Shown one piece after another: positions 6,295-13,827 of a DNA stretch of 24,073 nucleotides (positions within the stretch are counted from its first letter, which is position 1; every line of letters begins with the position of its first letter). The notes under the pieces are model-generated. The model made no database searches. It had not been told where the DNA came from and was given only the letters and a program-made list of their open reading frames with translations. A program made the position numbers and the translations under genes. Source of the stretch: a virus. The stretch is from the IMG/VR virus record IMGVR_UViG_3300050505_000080, one strand, 5' to 3'.

Positions 6295-7698
6295 ATGAGC
6301 AGCACCAAGCCTCGCAAGGCAATCGCCTACATTCGCGTGTCGCGCGTATCCGGCCGCGAAGGCGACTCGTTCATTTCGCCCGAGGTGCAGCGCGAACGCA
6401 TCGACGCGATCGCGAAGGCGAGCGGGCTTCGCATCGTCGGCGAATACGTCGATCTTGACCAATCCGGGAAGAAGGAAAATCGGCCCGGCTTCCAATCCGC
6501 GCTTGCCGACGTTGAAGCGGGCCGGGCGTCGGCAATCGTCGTTGCTCGACTCTCGCGCTTCGCGCGCTCGGTGATGCACGTCGAGCGGGCATTGCAGCGG
6601 CTCGAAGAGCACGACGGGGTGTTGATCGCGGGCGACTTGAACGTGGACACGACGACGCCGCAAGGTCGCCTCATGCGCACGATTCTTGCCGCGATCGCGC
6701 AATTCGAAGTCGAAGTTCACTCCGAAAATTGGGTGGACGCGAAGGCGCACGCGCTCGCGCGCGGCGTCAAACTCTCGGGCGTGTGCCCGGTCGGGTACCG
6801 GTGGCGCGACGAAGACGACCACCGGCTTGTCGTTGACCCGGTGTACGGCCCGATCGTGGTCGAGTTGTTCTCGCGGCGTTCGGCCGGTCACTCGTGGACG
6901 GCCCTTCGCGAGTTCTGGTGCGACGCGACCGGCGAGCGAATCTCGCGGCCGGGGCTTACGGCGATCGTTGCCAATCGCGTGTACCTCGGCGAAGTCACCT
7001 ACGGCGGCGAAACGAAGCACGGCGCGCATGACGCCCTCGTGACCGTCGAGCAGTTCGAGAGCGCGCAAGCGCGCAACGTGCACGCGCCGCGTCCGGCTCG
7101 CGGGCCCGGCTCGCTGCTCGCGGGCATTTTGCGGTGCGGGTCGTGCGGCGGGCCGATGAGTTCCGGTAGCACCGGCCGCAAGCACGGCACGACGTACCGG
7201 TGTTATCGCGACCAATGCGCGGGCGAGCCTTGCCCCGCGCCTATGTCGGTGCTCGCCAAGGTCGCCGACCCGGTCGTGGAAGCCCGCTTCCTGGAATGGG
7301 CGAAGGGCAAGGCGAAAATCGAAGGCACGTCGCGGTCGCTCGCCGACTTGGAAGCCGCGTTGGACGTGCTCGCGAAAGCCGAAGCGGAAATGGTCGCGTT
7401 CACCACGGCCACGAGCGCGTCGGCCAACCCGGAGTTGTTCTCGGCCGGGCTCGCGGCCCGTGAGCTCGCCGTCGAAGAAGCCCGCGAGCGGGTCGATGCA
7501 ATTCGACTCTCGGGCAAGGTCGAGACCGTGCGCACCGACGCGCTCGGCGTATGGCACGACCCGACGACGAGCATCGAAGACAAGCGCCGGATTCTGAAAG
7601 CCGCTATCGAGCGGGTGACGGTTCACTTGCCCGAGGGGCGTTCGACCGCGCGCGGCGTGCCTTTCGAGTCGCGCTCGGAGGTGGTCTTTCGCGACTGA
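6295..7698 (+). CDS. int: Large serine recombinase (phage integrase), 467 aa
   Basis: N-terminal resolvase domain AIAYIRVSRVSGREGDSFISPEVQ (catalytic Ser) with VVARLSRFARS. A recombinase domain, a zinc ribbon CGSCGGPM...YRCYRDQCAG and a C-terminal coiled coil follow. Confidence 0.95.
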   Translation: MSSTKPRKAIAYIRVSRVSGREGDSFISPEVQRERIDAIAKASGLRIVGEYVDLDQSGKKENRPGFQSALADVEAGRASAIVVARLSRFARSVMHVERALQRLEEHDGVLIAGDLNVDTTTPQGRLMRTILAAIAQFEVEVHSENWVDAKAHALARGVKLSGVCPVGYRWRDEDDHRLVVDPVYGPIVVELFSRRSAGHSWTALREFWCDATGERISRPGLTAIVANRVYLGEVTYGGETKHGAHDALVTVEQFESAQARNVHAPRPARGPGSLLAGILRCGSCGGPMSSGSTGRKHGTTYRCYRDQCAGEPCPAPMSVLAKVADPVVEARFLEWAKGKAKIEGTSRSLADLEAALDVLAKAEAEMVAFTTATSASANPELFSAGLAARELAVEEARERVDAIRLSGKVETVRTDALGVWHDPTTSIEDKRRILKAAIERVTVHLPEGRSTARGVPFESRSEVVFRD

Positions 7699-7725
7699 GA
7701 GTCGGGCTCCACACTTCGAAGCAAT

Positions 7726-7757
7726 GTCCAACGGCGCGAGGAATCGCGCCGTTGGAC
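7726..7757. terminator. Bidirectional hairpin terminator between convergent int and XRE genes
   Basis: A perfect 14-bp stem (gtccaacggcgcga / tcgcgccgttggac) with a GGAA loop. It lies 28 nt after the int stop and 33 nt after the XRE stop. No clear U-tract. Confidence 0.65.
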
Positions 7758-7789
7758 TATCTCAAGCAAGACGCGATCTAGGGCGTCGC

Positions 7790-7978
7790 TCATAGGAGGT
7801 CGTCCAGCATCGCGCGGTGCTTCGCTTGCGGAATGGTGCCCGCTTCCCACTTTTGCACGGTGCGCCGGTCAACGGGGAAACGAGCAGCGAACTCGGCTTG
7901 TGTTTCACCCCGGCGAAGGCGAGCGCGCTTGATCTTGGTCGCCAAGTCGTCGGCTATCCGGTCGGTACATTCCGACAC
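7790..7978 (-). CDS. XRE/Cro-CI-type HTH transcriptional regulator, 62 aa
   Basis: IKRARLRRGETQAEFAARFPVDRRTVQKWEAG is a classic HTH_3 signature. GTG at 7976-7978 lies 6 nt after GAGGGGG. The track start (TTG at 7984) abuts the SD and is less likely. Confidence 0.85.
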   Translation of the reverse strand: MSECTDRIADDLATKIKRARLRRGETQAEFAARFPVDRRTVQKWEAGTIPQAKHRAMLDDLL

Positions 7979-8119
7979 GAGCAACCCCCTCGCGATTTTC
8001 CGACCCTTGTAAATTGCGGGGGAGCCTCTTGCCCCGACCTTGCCCCGCGCCGCGTCCCCTTTCTAACGCACCGTCACCCGAGCGCGTGGGAAGAAAAAGT
8101 TCGCCTAGGGAATAAGTTT

Positions 8120-8134
8120 TTCGCAAATTGCGAA
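8120..8134. promoter_or_regulatory. Perfect palindrome TTCGCAA-A-TTGCGAA (candidate operator)
   Basis: 15-bp dyad in the lower-GC intergenic region upstream of the XRE gene. Its core AAATTGCG recurs at 8011-8018, about 33 nt upstream of the XRE start. Confidence 0.45.
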
Positions 8135-8166
8135 CGACTTGTTGCCACGTGAGGCGTTAGAGTGCG

Positions 8167-8180
8167 CACGTCCGGACGTG
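8167..8180. promoter_or_regulatory. Perfect palindrome CACGTCCGGACGTG (second operator class)
   Basis: 14-bp dyad, with an extra half-site GGACGTG at 8194-8200 and CACGTG at 8146-8151. Confidence 0.4.
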
Positions 8181-8199
8181 AGCAAGCGCGCTTGGACGT

Positions 8200-8228
8200 G
8201 CCGCCCCGCGCTTGCCTCGCGGGGCGGC
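8200..8228 (-). terminator. Hairpin terminator after the lysis cassette / late operon
   Basis: A perfect 11-bp GC-rich stem (gccgccccgcg / cgcggggcggc) with a 7-nt loop, starting 2 nt after the stop at 8230. No U-tract. Confidence 0.55.
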
Positions 8229-8229
8229 A

Positions 8230-8394
8230 CTACTCGCGCTCTTCACCGTAAGCCCGGTCTCGCAAACGTTGCCATTCTTCGAGCTTCGCGATTCGCTCGC
8301 GCGTGCGGGAGAGCGCGACGGCGAGCGCGGCCACGGCGGCGACGAGCGCGCTCCACCCCGAGGCGACCACTTCGCCGGGAATGGTCGCGAGCAT
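8230..8394 (-). CDS. Holin-like single-pass membrane protein, 54 aa
   Basis: ATG at 8392-8394 shares 1 nt with the amidase TGA. TM segment VVASGWSALVAAVAALAVAL is followed by a charged tail RTRERIAKLEEWQRLRDRAYGEERE. It lies directly after the endolysin. Confidence 0.5.
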   Translation of the reverse strand: MLATIPGEVVASGWSALVAAVAALAVALSRTRERIAKLEEWQRLRDRAYGEERE

Positions 8395-9176
8395 CACGGC
8401 ATCCGATTCACGTACCACTTTTCGTCATCCCACCACCTCGGCGGGATTGTCTCGGGCACGTCCGGCCGTTTGCCCGTCTTGCCGCCCGTGTACCACGCGA
8501 GCCAATCGCGCTCGCCGCCGGTCATGCCGTAGCGGTCGGCGATGCGCACAAGCTCGTCGTTCGCTTCCCATGCCCACTCGGGAATCGTCTTCGGTGCCGC
8601 CGCCGGTCGCTTCGACTCGTCGCGGTCGGTGGTGAGGTACCAATTCGCCCAATCCCAATACCACTCGGGATAACCCATTTCGTCGTCGCCTCCTTTCGCG
8701 CGGGCCAACACGTCGTCCATCGGGAAGCCGTCGCCGCAATCGTGGTGCCCGCCGCCCCACGAGCCTAGGTCGCGGTGTTGGCACACGCCCCGCCCGGAGC
8801 CTTGCGCTTGTGAGGGCGTGAGCTTCGTGAGCGGCAAGCCGTAGTGCTTCGCCTCTTCGGCGAGCCACGCGGCGACGTTGTCGAGCATTGCGTCGTGCGT
8901 GTTCCACTCGGCGCGCGACCACGAGGCGAAGGCGCACAACTCGATTTGCACGGCCACCGGGTTAGCGTTCGCGGCCGTCCATGCCTTGTTGCCGCGCTTG
9001 ACGTACTCGCCGACGACGCCGCGCTTGTCGTCGGCCCCCGTGTGCGACGACACGCCCGAGCTTGACTTGGCGAAGAAGTTGCCTAGTTCTTCGATCGTGC
9101 GCGCGCCCTCGGCCGTGTGCACGACGAGCAGGCGAACGCCCGCGCCGCCGCGCGACGAGTAGTTGGGGCTCGGCAT
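8394..9176 (-). CDS. Endolysin: N-acetylmuramoyl-L-alanine amidase (Amidase_2/PGRP type) with Trp-rich C-terminal repeats, 260 aa
   Basis: SPNYSSRGGAGVRLLVVHTAEG and GGGHHDCGDGFP are typical zinc-amidase motifs. The start is set conservatively at ATG 9174-9176. In-frame GTGs up to 9323 (for example 9197) remain possible. Confidence 0.8.
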   Translation of the reverse strand: MPSPNYSSRGGAGVRLLVVHTAEGARTIEELGNFFAKSSSGVSSHTGADDKRGVVGEYVKRGNKAWTAANANPVAVQIELCAFASWSRAEWNTHDAMLDNVAAWLAEEAKHYGLPLTKLTPSQAQGSGRGVCQHRDLGSWGGGHHDCGDGFPMDDVLARAKGGDDEMGYPEWYWDWANWYLTTDRDESKRPAAAPKTIPEWAWEANDELVRIADRYGMTGGERDWLAWYTGGKTGKRPDVPETIPPRWWDDEKWYVNRMP

Positions 9177-9187
9177 CGCTTTCCGGG

Positions 9188-9343
9188 TCAGCGCCACCGT
9201 GACCACCCGACCCGCATTTGTAGGCGTATCCACGTCCACCGCCACCACCGACGGAGCCGCCACTCGTGCCGGGCCCACGGCTCGGCGGGTTCGAGCTCGG
9301 GCTCGCGCCGGGGCGGTGGCCACTGCACGCGTTCGTCGGGCAT
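9188..9343 (-). CDS. Possible small ORF, 51 aa, Trp/Arg-rich C-terminus (uncertain)
   Basis: ATG at 9341-9343 lies 7 nt after a strong GGAGG, and the stop is 11 nt before the amidase ATG. Product: MPDERVQWPPPRREPELEPAEPWARHEWRLRRWWRWTWIRLQMRVGWSRWR. This could be an off-frame artefact of a GGTGG-rich stretch. It is mutually exclusive with 9266..9481 (+). Confidence 0.25.
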   Translation of the reverse strand: MPDERVQWPPPRREPELEPAEPWARHEWRLRRWWRWTWIRLQMRVGWSRWR

Positions 9344-9481
9344 CGCTTAACCTCCATCCTCGTGTTGTGGGTCTTCGTCGCCGTGCTCGTCGTGCTCGTG
9401 CTCGTGCTCGTGGGTTTCTTCGCGTGGGTCGCGCTCGTCGGCCGTACGCTTGAAGAGCACATTCGGCGCGGGCACCTCTAA
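9266..9481 (+). CDS. Possible antisense (moron-like) small membrane protein, 71 aa (uncertain)
   Basis: GTG at 9266 has GGAG 9 nt upstream. It contains a hydrophobic run of about 30 residues, ILVLWVFVAVLVVLVLVLVGFFAWVALVG. The hand-counted codon-position GC pattern over 9356-9478 (high GC1, low GC2, high GC3) is coding-like. No promoter was found. Confidence 0.3.
   Translation: MPGPRLGGFELGLAPGRWPLHAFVGHRLTSILVLWVFVAVLVVLVLVLVGFFAWVALVGRTLEEHIRRGHL
9383..9412. repeat. Hexanucleotide tandem repeat (GTGCTC)n
   Basis: gtgctc gtc gtgctc gtgctc gtgctc gtg. It reads Val-Leu repeats on the plus strand and Glu-His (or Ser-Thr) repeats on the minus strand. Confidence 0.9.
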
Positions 9482-10161
9482 CTCACCCGCACGGGCGTGA
9501 CGCGTAGCCACCGCGAGCCGAACGCAACGGTGATAGCGGACGTTGCCCGGTATTTCGCGGTCAGCGCGACCGCGCTTAGTCCCGTCTTCCGTCGCAACCT
9601 CGCGAGGTTCCCGGCGACGGTCGCGCCGCCCCCGAGGCTCGTTGCCGCGTAGTAGGAAATCGCGTCAGCGTCCACGGCCCCGGTCGCGCCAATGTCGTAG
9701 CCCATGAGTGCCCCGGTGTTGTTCACGCTCGAATAGCCACGAAAGCCAAGCTCAACGTCGTAGTCGCCCGCCCTCGGAAGGGTCAGCGTTGGCCCGGCGG
9801 TGGCAAGGGCTACGTACGTGGTCGAAGCGGTCGTTTCCTCGGTCGCCACCTCGGCGAAGAGCGACGGCCCGCCGACGAATTCCCACTTGTAGGCCGACGA
9901 CGACGAGGCGTTGTAGCGGAGGTGCCACACGATGCCGTTGGTCGCGTCGGCTTGGTAGAACACCTCTTGCCCGTCCACGGGCGACGCGGGAAGGCTTGTC
10001 ACCAACGCCGGGCTCGGGTTGACCGTCACCCATTGCGCGGCGGTCGCCGCCCAATAACGCAAGCGGTCGAGCGCCGTATCGAAGTAGAGGTCACCGCCCG
10101 CCGGGCCACCGGGCGGGGTGCCGGTGCGGAGGGGGCGTAGGTGGCCGGGGAACTCGGGCAT
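9478..10161 (-). CDS. Minor tail / putative receptor-binding protein, 227 aa
   Basis: ATG at 10159-10161 shares 1 nt with the upstream TAA. It is the last gene of the tail block. The track extension to 10656 overlaps the fibre gene and is Arg-rich. Confidence 0.65.
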   Translation of the reverse strand: MPEFPGHLRPLRTGTPPGGPAGGDLYFDTALDRLRYWAATAAQWVTVNPSPALVTSLPASPVDGQEVFYQADATNGIVWHLRYNASSSSAYKWEFVGGPSLFAEVATEETTASTTYVALATAGPTLTLPRAGDYDVELGFRGYSSVNNTGALMGYDIGATGAVDADAISYYAATSLGGGATVAGNLARLRRKTGLSAVALTAKYRATSAITVAFGSRWLRVTPVRVS

Positions 10162-11831
10162 TAGCCGATGATCGTTACTCGCTTGGAGTTGGCCGACTGC
10201 GACACCGCGTATTGCACGGTCACGTCGCCGCCCGCACCCACGGCCACGTCGGGAAACTCGATCGTGCCCGAGGCAACGTCTTGCACCTGGACGATGAGCC
10301 CCGGCGACGCGCGCAAGCCGTGCGTCGTTTGCGGAACCGACCACGTCGTGCCCGCCGCGTGCGTCGCGGTCGAGTAGTAGCCCGCCCCCGGCGAAGCCGC
10401 CCATTTCACCCCGGCCGTTTGCGACGAGTCGGCGACGAGCACTTGCCCGTTTGAGCCGACCGCGAGCCGCGCCACCACGTCGTCGCCGGTCGCAACGATG
10501 AGGTCGCCTTTCGCGTCCACGATCGTGGTCGGAATCCCACCCGGTGCGCCGCCCGAGCCGCCGCGCCCGTAGATCAAAAGGCGCGACCCGGCCGCGAGGT
10601 TGCCGCCGCCGTTGCCAAGGATTTGGACGCGGGTAATCGCGGCCGTGTTGTTCCAAAAGCCGCTACCAATCTGGCGACCGATGCCGTTCGCTACGGCGGT
10701 GGTGTTGTAGCTGCTATCGACTTGCAGCGTTTTCAGCCACGCGGTAGAGGCGTAACCGAAAAGCTCAATTCTCACCGACCCGAAGAAACCGCCGAGCGTC
10801 GATGATGCGCCGGGGATGCGGCCCGCTTCGATGCGGTTCGAAGCGGTTTGGTCACCAACGGCGACCGCCCCGGAAATTGCGGACGCGCGAAGAGCGCCGT
10901 AGTTACTGCCCGAGTCGTTGTTAAATCGAAGCCATATGTCAGAGGACGACGACGCGATTGTGTCGCGGGCGATGAGCACAAGCACGAGGTCATCGAACGC
11001 GCCCGAGATACCCGACACGTCGAAGGTTCCGGCACTCGCGAGCGTGATCGCGTTCAGCAAAATGAGGTTGCCGCCCGTGCCGCCACCCCCGCCACTGAGG
11101 GCGACGCTCGCGGCGGCGGTCAAGCGGCCGTCGGCGTCCACCGTGATTTGTGGCACGTGGGTTGCGTCGCCGTAGCTACCGGCCGCAACGGCGGTTGCCG
11201 CGAGCTCGGAGGGGCCGACCGCGTTGGCGGCTATCTCGTTGGCGGTGATGCCGTCCGCTTTCACGCGCACCACGTCGGCGGCGATTTCGACGGTCGAGCC
11301 GTCCACGTTGACCGAGAGCACGTCGGCCGACTCGGCGAGCCCGGCCCCGGCGACGCTCGCCGCTAGGCCGGGATTCGGGTAGGTGCCGTCGAGCGCACCC
11401 CCGGCGGGGCCGGTCGGTGACCCCCCGCCGCCGGTCGCGGGTGTTTCCCAATCGGTCGCGTAGTCGGTCGCGCTCGTCTTCGTGAGCACTTGCCCGGTCG
11501 TGCCGCCGGTCGGCACGCCCGGCCCGGCGGGGCCGGTTGGCCCGGCCGCACCGGTCGGCCCGGTCGGCCCCGTCGGCCCCGGCGGGCCCGTTGCCCCGGC
11601 GGGGCCGGTCGAGCCGGTCGGCCCGGTCGGCCCCGGCGGGCCGGTCGCACCGTCGGCACCGTCCGCACCCGGTGGCCCCTCGGGCCCGGTTGGCCCGGTT
11701 GGGCCCGGTGGCCCCTCGGGGCCGGTAGGCCCGGCGACGCCGCCCACCCCATCGACGCGCACGACGCCGTTGCCCTCGTCGGTGACCACGAGCCCGTCGC
11801 CGAACTGCAACTTCGAGCCGCGTATCGTCAT
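10161..11831 (-). CDS. Collagen-like tail fibre / minor tail protein, 556 aa
   Basis: ATG at 11829-11831 forms an ATGA overlap with the upstream gene. About 25 uninterrupted Gly-X-Y triplets are followed by a fibre-like Ala/Val/Gly-rich region and a beta-rich C-terminus. Confidence 0.8.
   Translation of the reverse strand: MTIRGSKLQFGDGLVVTDEGNGVVRVDGVGGVAGPTGPEGPPGPTGPTGPEGPPGADGADGATGPPGPTGPTGSTGPAGATGPPGPTGPTGPTGAAGPTGPAGPGVPTGGTTGQVLTKTSATDYATDWETPATGGGGSPTGPAGGALDGTYPNPGLAASVAGAGLAESADVLSVNVDGSTVEIAADVVRVKADGITANEIAANAVGPSELAATAVAAGSYGDATHVPQITVDADGRLTAAASVALSGGGGGTGGNLILLNAITLASAGTFDVSGISGAFDDLVLVLIARDTIASSSSDIWLRFNNDSGSNYGALRASAISGAVAVGDQTASNRIEAGRIPGASSTLGGFFGSVRIELFGYASTAWLKTLQVDSSYNTTAVANGIGRQIGSGFWNNTAAITRVQILGNGGGNLAAGSRLLIYGRGGSGGAPGGIPTTIVDAKGDLIVATGDDVVARLAVGSNGQVLVADSSQTAGVKWAASPGAGYYSTATHAAGTTWSVPQTTHGLRASPGLIVQVQDVASGTIEFPDVAVGAGGDVTVQYAVSQSANSKRVTIIG
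11517..11741 (-). repeat. Collagen-like Gly-X-Y triplet repeat region (coding)
   Basis: [75 protein letters not shown]. The DNA shows a 9-nt periodic ggcccggt(c/t)gg-type repeat. Confidence 0.9.
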
Positions 11832-12421
11832 GGGTCGAGCCTCACGAGCGTAAGCGAAAAGGTCGGCGTTATCGCACCGGCCGCGCGGAGGTAGTCCACT
11901 TGCATCGTAAGCAAGTCGTGACCGAAGCTCGATTGCAGCGGAAAGGAGAAATTGACCAAGCCGACGAAGCGGTTGAAGCCGTCGTTCGAGCCCGCCCACG
12001 TGGCGGCGGCTTGCACGCCTACCGGTTGCGTGACGTTGCCGGACGGCGACACTTGGAGGTAATCCGACATTGTCGCGTCGCCGGTTTGTTTCAACGCGAA
12101 GTTCGCGTTCGAGTTGAGAAAGAAGGTCGCGAGGTAGTAGCCCTGTTGCACCTTCAACGTGCGGTTGGTCGAGTCGGTCGGGTCAACGTGGGCGACTTGC
12201 CCGTTGGGTGAATATGCCTCCCACGGCGACGGGCTCCACACGCAAAGCCCGCTCGACAAGCTCGACCCGGTAAAGATCGCGTTCGGCGTGCCGTAGTCCA
12301 TCGCGCCGCCACCGCCGCCCCCGGAGTCGTCGCCCACGTCTTCGACCGTGAAGCGCACCGGGTCGGCACCGCCGTGCTCGTGGTCGCGCGCGTGCATCAC
12401 CGGTTTTTGCGCGAGGGTCAT
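11828..12421 (-). CDS. Minor tail protein, 197 aa
   Basis: ATGA overlaps at both ends. The N-terminal [13 protein letters not shown] motif is common in actinophage minor tail proteins (recognised by eye), followed by a Gly6 run. Confidence 0.65.
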   Translation of the reverse strand: MTLAQKPVMHARDHEHGGADPVRFTVEDVGDDSGGGGGGAMDYGTPNAIFTGSSLSSGLCVWSPSPWEAYSPNGQVAHVDPTDSTNRTLKVQQGYYLATFFLNSNANFALKQTGDATMSDYLQVSPSGNVTQPVGVQAAATWAGSNDGFNRFVGLVNFSFPLQSSFGHDLLTMQVDYLRAAGAITPTFSLTLVRLDP

Positions 12422-13827
12422 GGAAGGGGCGGGAAGGGGTTGTTTTCCTGGTAGGCAAACGGCGATAGGTCAAGCGTCAACGTCACGTCGTCGTAACCGG
12501 CTTGCAGCGGTCGTGCCTCTTCGTGCACGCCTTCGATGAGGTGTTGCGAGGCAAGAGGCTCGCCCGCGACCGGGAAGCCGCCGCCGCCGGGTGAGCCCAC
12601 GGTCACGGTGACACGGTCGGCAATGTCGCACGTGCAGAGGAACGCCCAATTGGCTTCGGCCCCGAGCGCGTCGGGGTGCATCGAGCGGAAGCCGATTGCG
12701 GGCACGCGGTAAATCGGGTGCCGTTGATCTACGCCGCCGACCGTCTTTACGGCTTTGTAGTTGCTGACGTAATACTCCGCGAAGCGCTGACACTCATCGA
12801 GCGCGCCGAGCGCGTCGGTGATGCCGTACTTGGTGAGCAACCCTTGCGCCGACCACGGCCGGATGCCGTAGAGCGCAATCGAGCCGTCGGCATCGACGCG
12901 TTGGCCCTCAATCGCATCGTCGGGAATCTTGTTTCCGTTTTCGTCGCCGATCGGAATGGCAAGCCCTTGATTGACGATTTTGGAAAGGCCCCGGTTCATG
13001 CCGAAGGTTCGAATATGCGCGGTGTCGGTCGGCGAGGCGTGGACGGCGGCGGCGTCGCCCGCTTTCCAATCGTGGAAATCCCACCCCGGCGTTGCAGCGG
13101 CGGTGCCGACCGGGTCGAAGCGGGCATAGCGGCCGTGCACGGCAAGCCGCCCGAGCCGGTCGCCGTACACGTTGCCGACGCTCGGAAACTCGGCGTCGCA
13201 CGCGTCCTGTATCGCGGTCATCGCCGATTCACCCGCCGAGTAGATCGCCTCGTGCAACGACACGTTGCCGCTGAACACGTTGCTCCACGTGTCCACGTCG
13301 ATGCCCGCATTGTCGAGCACTTGCCACACGCGCGTTTGCATCCCGTACGGCGGCGGCACGTTCGGCGTGTCATCGAAGAAGACTTGACCGGCCGAGTCGG
13401 AGGGCGGCGGGTCGCCGAAGGTGCCCGGCAACATTTCGATAGCCGCGATGATTTCGAAAATGTCTACGAGTTCGACGGTGAGCCGGTTCACCCGTTGCGA
13501 CGGGTCGAACTCGTAGTTCATTTCTTCCACGAAGCCGCGAAAGCGCGTTGACCACACGCCGGTAACGGGGTTACGCCGCATGAGCCGCACTTGCACGAGC
13601 GGGTCGAGCCGGGGCAACGCGGCGGCGGGGTTGGTCGGGTCGAGTATCCCCTCGGTGTCGTTGATCGTGACCGTTGCGCGGCCGGTGTCGCACCGGTCGA
13701 GCTCGTATTGCCGCCCCCGGTCGATCGTGTACGAGGCGACAAGCGACGGGTACGCGTCCAACTCCGTCCACGTCGGGGCCGGTTCGAGGGTCGCATCGTT
13801 GAAAGCGACCGAGACACGCGCACTCAT
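12418..13827 (-). CDS. Minor tail protein (distal-tail/baseplate-like), 469 aa
   Basis: It lies immediately downstream of the tape measure with an ATGA overlap. The call rests on position and size. Confidence 0.7.
   Translation of the reverse strand: MSARVSVAFNDATLEPAPTWTELDAYPSLVASYTIDRGRQYELDRCDTGRATVTINDTEGILDPTNPAAALPRLDPLVQVRLMRRNPVTGVWSTRFRGFVEEMNYEFDPSQRVNRLTVELVDIFEIIAAIEMLPGTFGDPPPSDSAGQVFFDDTPNVPPPYGMQTRVWQVLDNAGIDVDTWSNVFSGNVSLHEAIYSAGESAMTAIQDACDAEFPSVGNVYGDRLGRLAVHGRYARFDPVGTAAATPGWDFHDWKAGDAAAVHASPTDTAHIRTFGMNRGLSKIVNQGLAIPIGDENGNKIPDDAIEGQRVDADGSIALYGIRPWSAQGLLTKYGITDALGALDECQRFAEYYVSNYKAVKTVGGVDQRHPIYRVPAIGFRSMHPDALGAEANWAFLCTCDIADRVTVTVGSPGGGGFPVAGEPLASQHLIEGVHEEARPLQAGYDDVTLTLDLSPFAYQENNPFPPLP

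Noticed and set aside
5887-7731. 614-aa minus-strand ORF, the longest in the track after the tape measure
   Set aside because: It lies exactly antisense to the serine integrase, which has unmistakable catalytic and zinc-ribbon motifs. Its product is Arg/Ala/Pro/Gly-rich with no motif, a typical shadow ORF of a high-GC gene.
8962-9462. 166-aa minus-strand ORF (Ser/Thr-rich, then Gly-rich) spanning the tail-lysin gap and the amidase N-terminus
   Set aside because: Its first part has an inverted codon-position GC pattern (GC1 far below GC2 by hand count). Its second part has GC3 near 55 percent, far below the genome norm, and overlaps the amidase domain out of frame.
9383-11741. Short tandem repeats (the GTGCTC hexamers and the 9-nt periodic collagen repeat) as a possible CRISPR array
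   Set aside because: The repeat units are 6-9 nt with no spacers, and no cas genes are present. They are coding or microsatellite repeats.
9478-11999. Long N-terminal extensions given by the ORF track (for example 10161..11999, 9478..10656, 20228..21289, 4622..5449, 1809..2690, 17347..17949)
   Set aside because: The extensions overlap the preceding gene, are Arg/Gly/Pro-rich, and ignore internal starts that have good SDs or 4-nt stop/start overlaps. The shorter coordinates are used instead.
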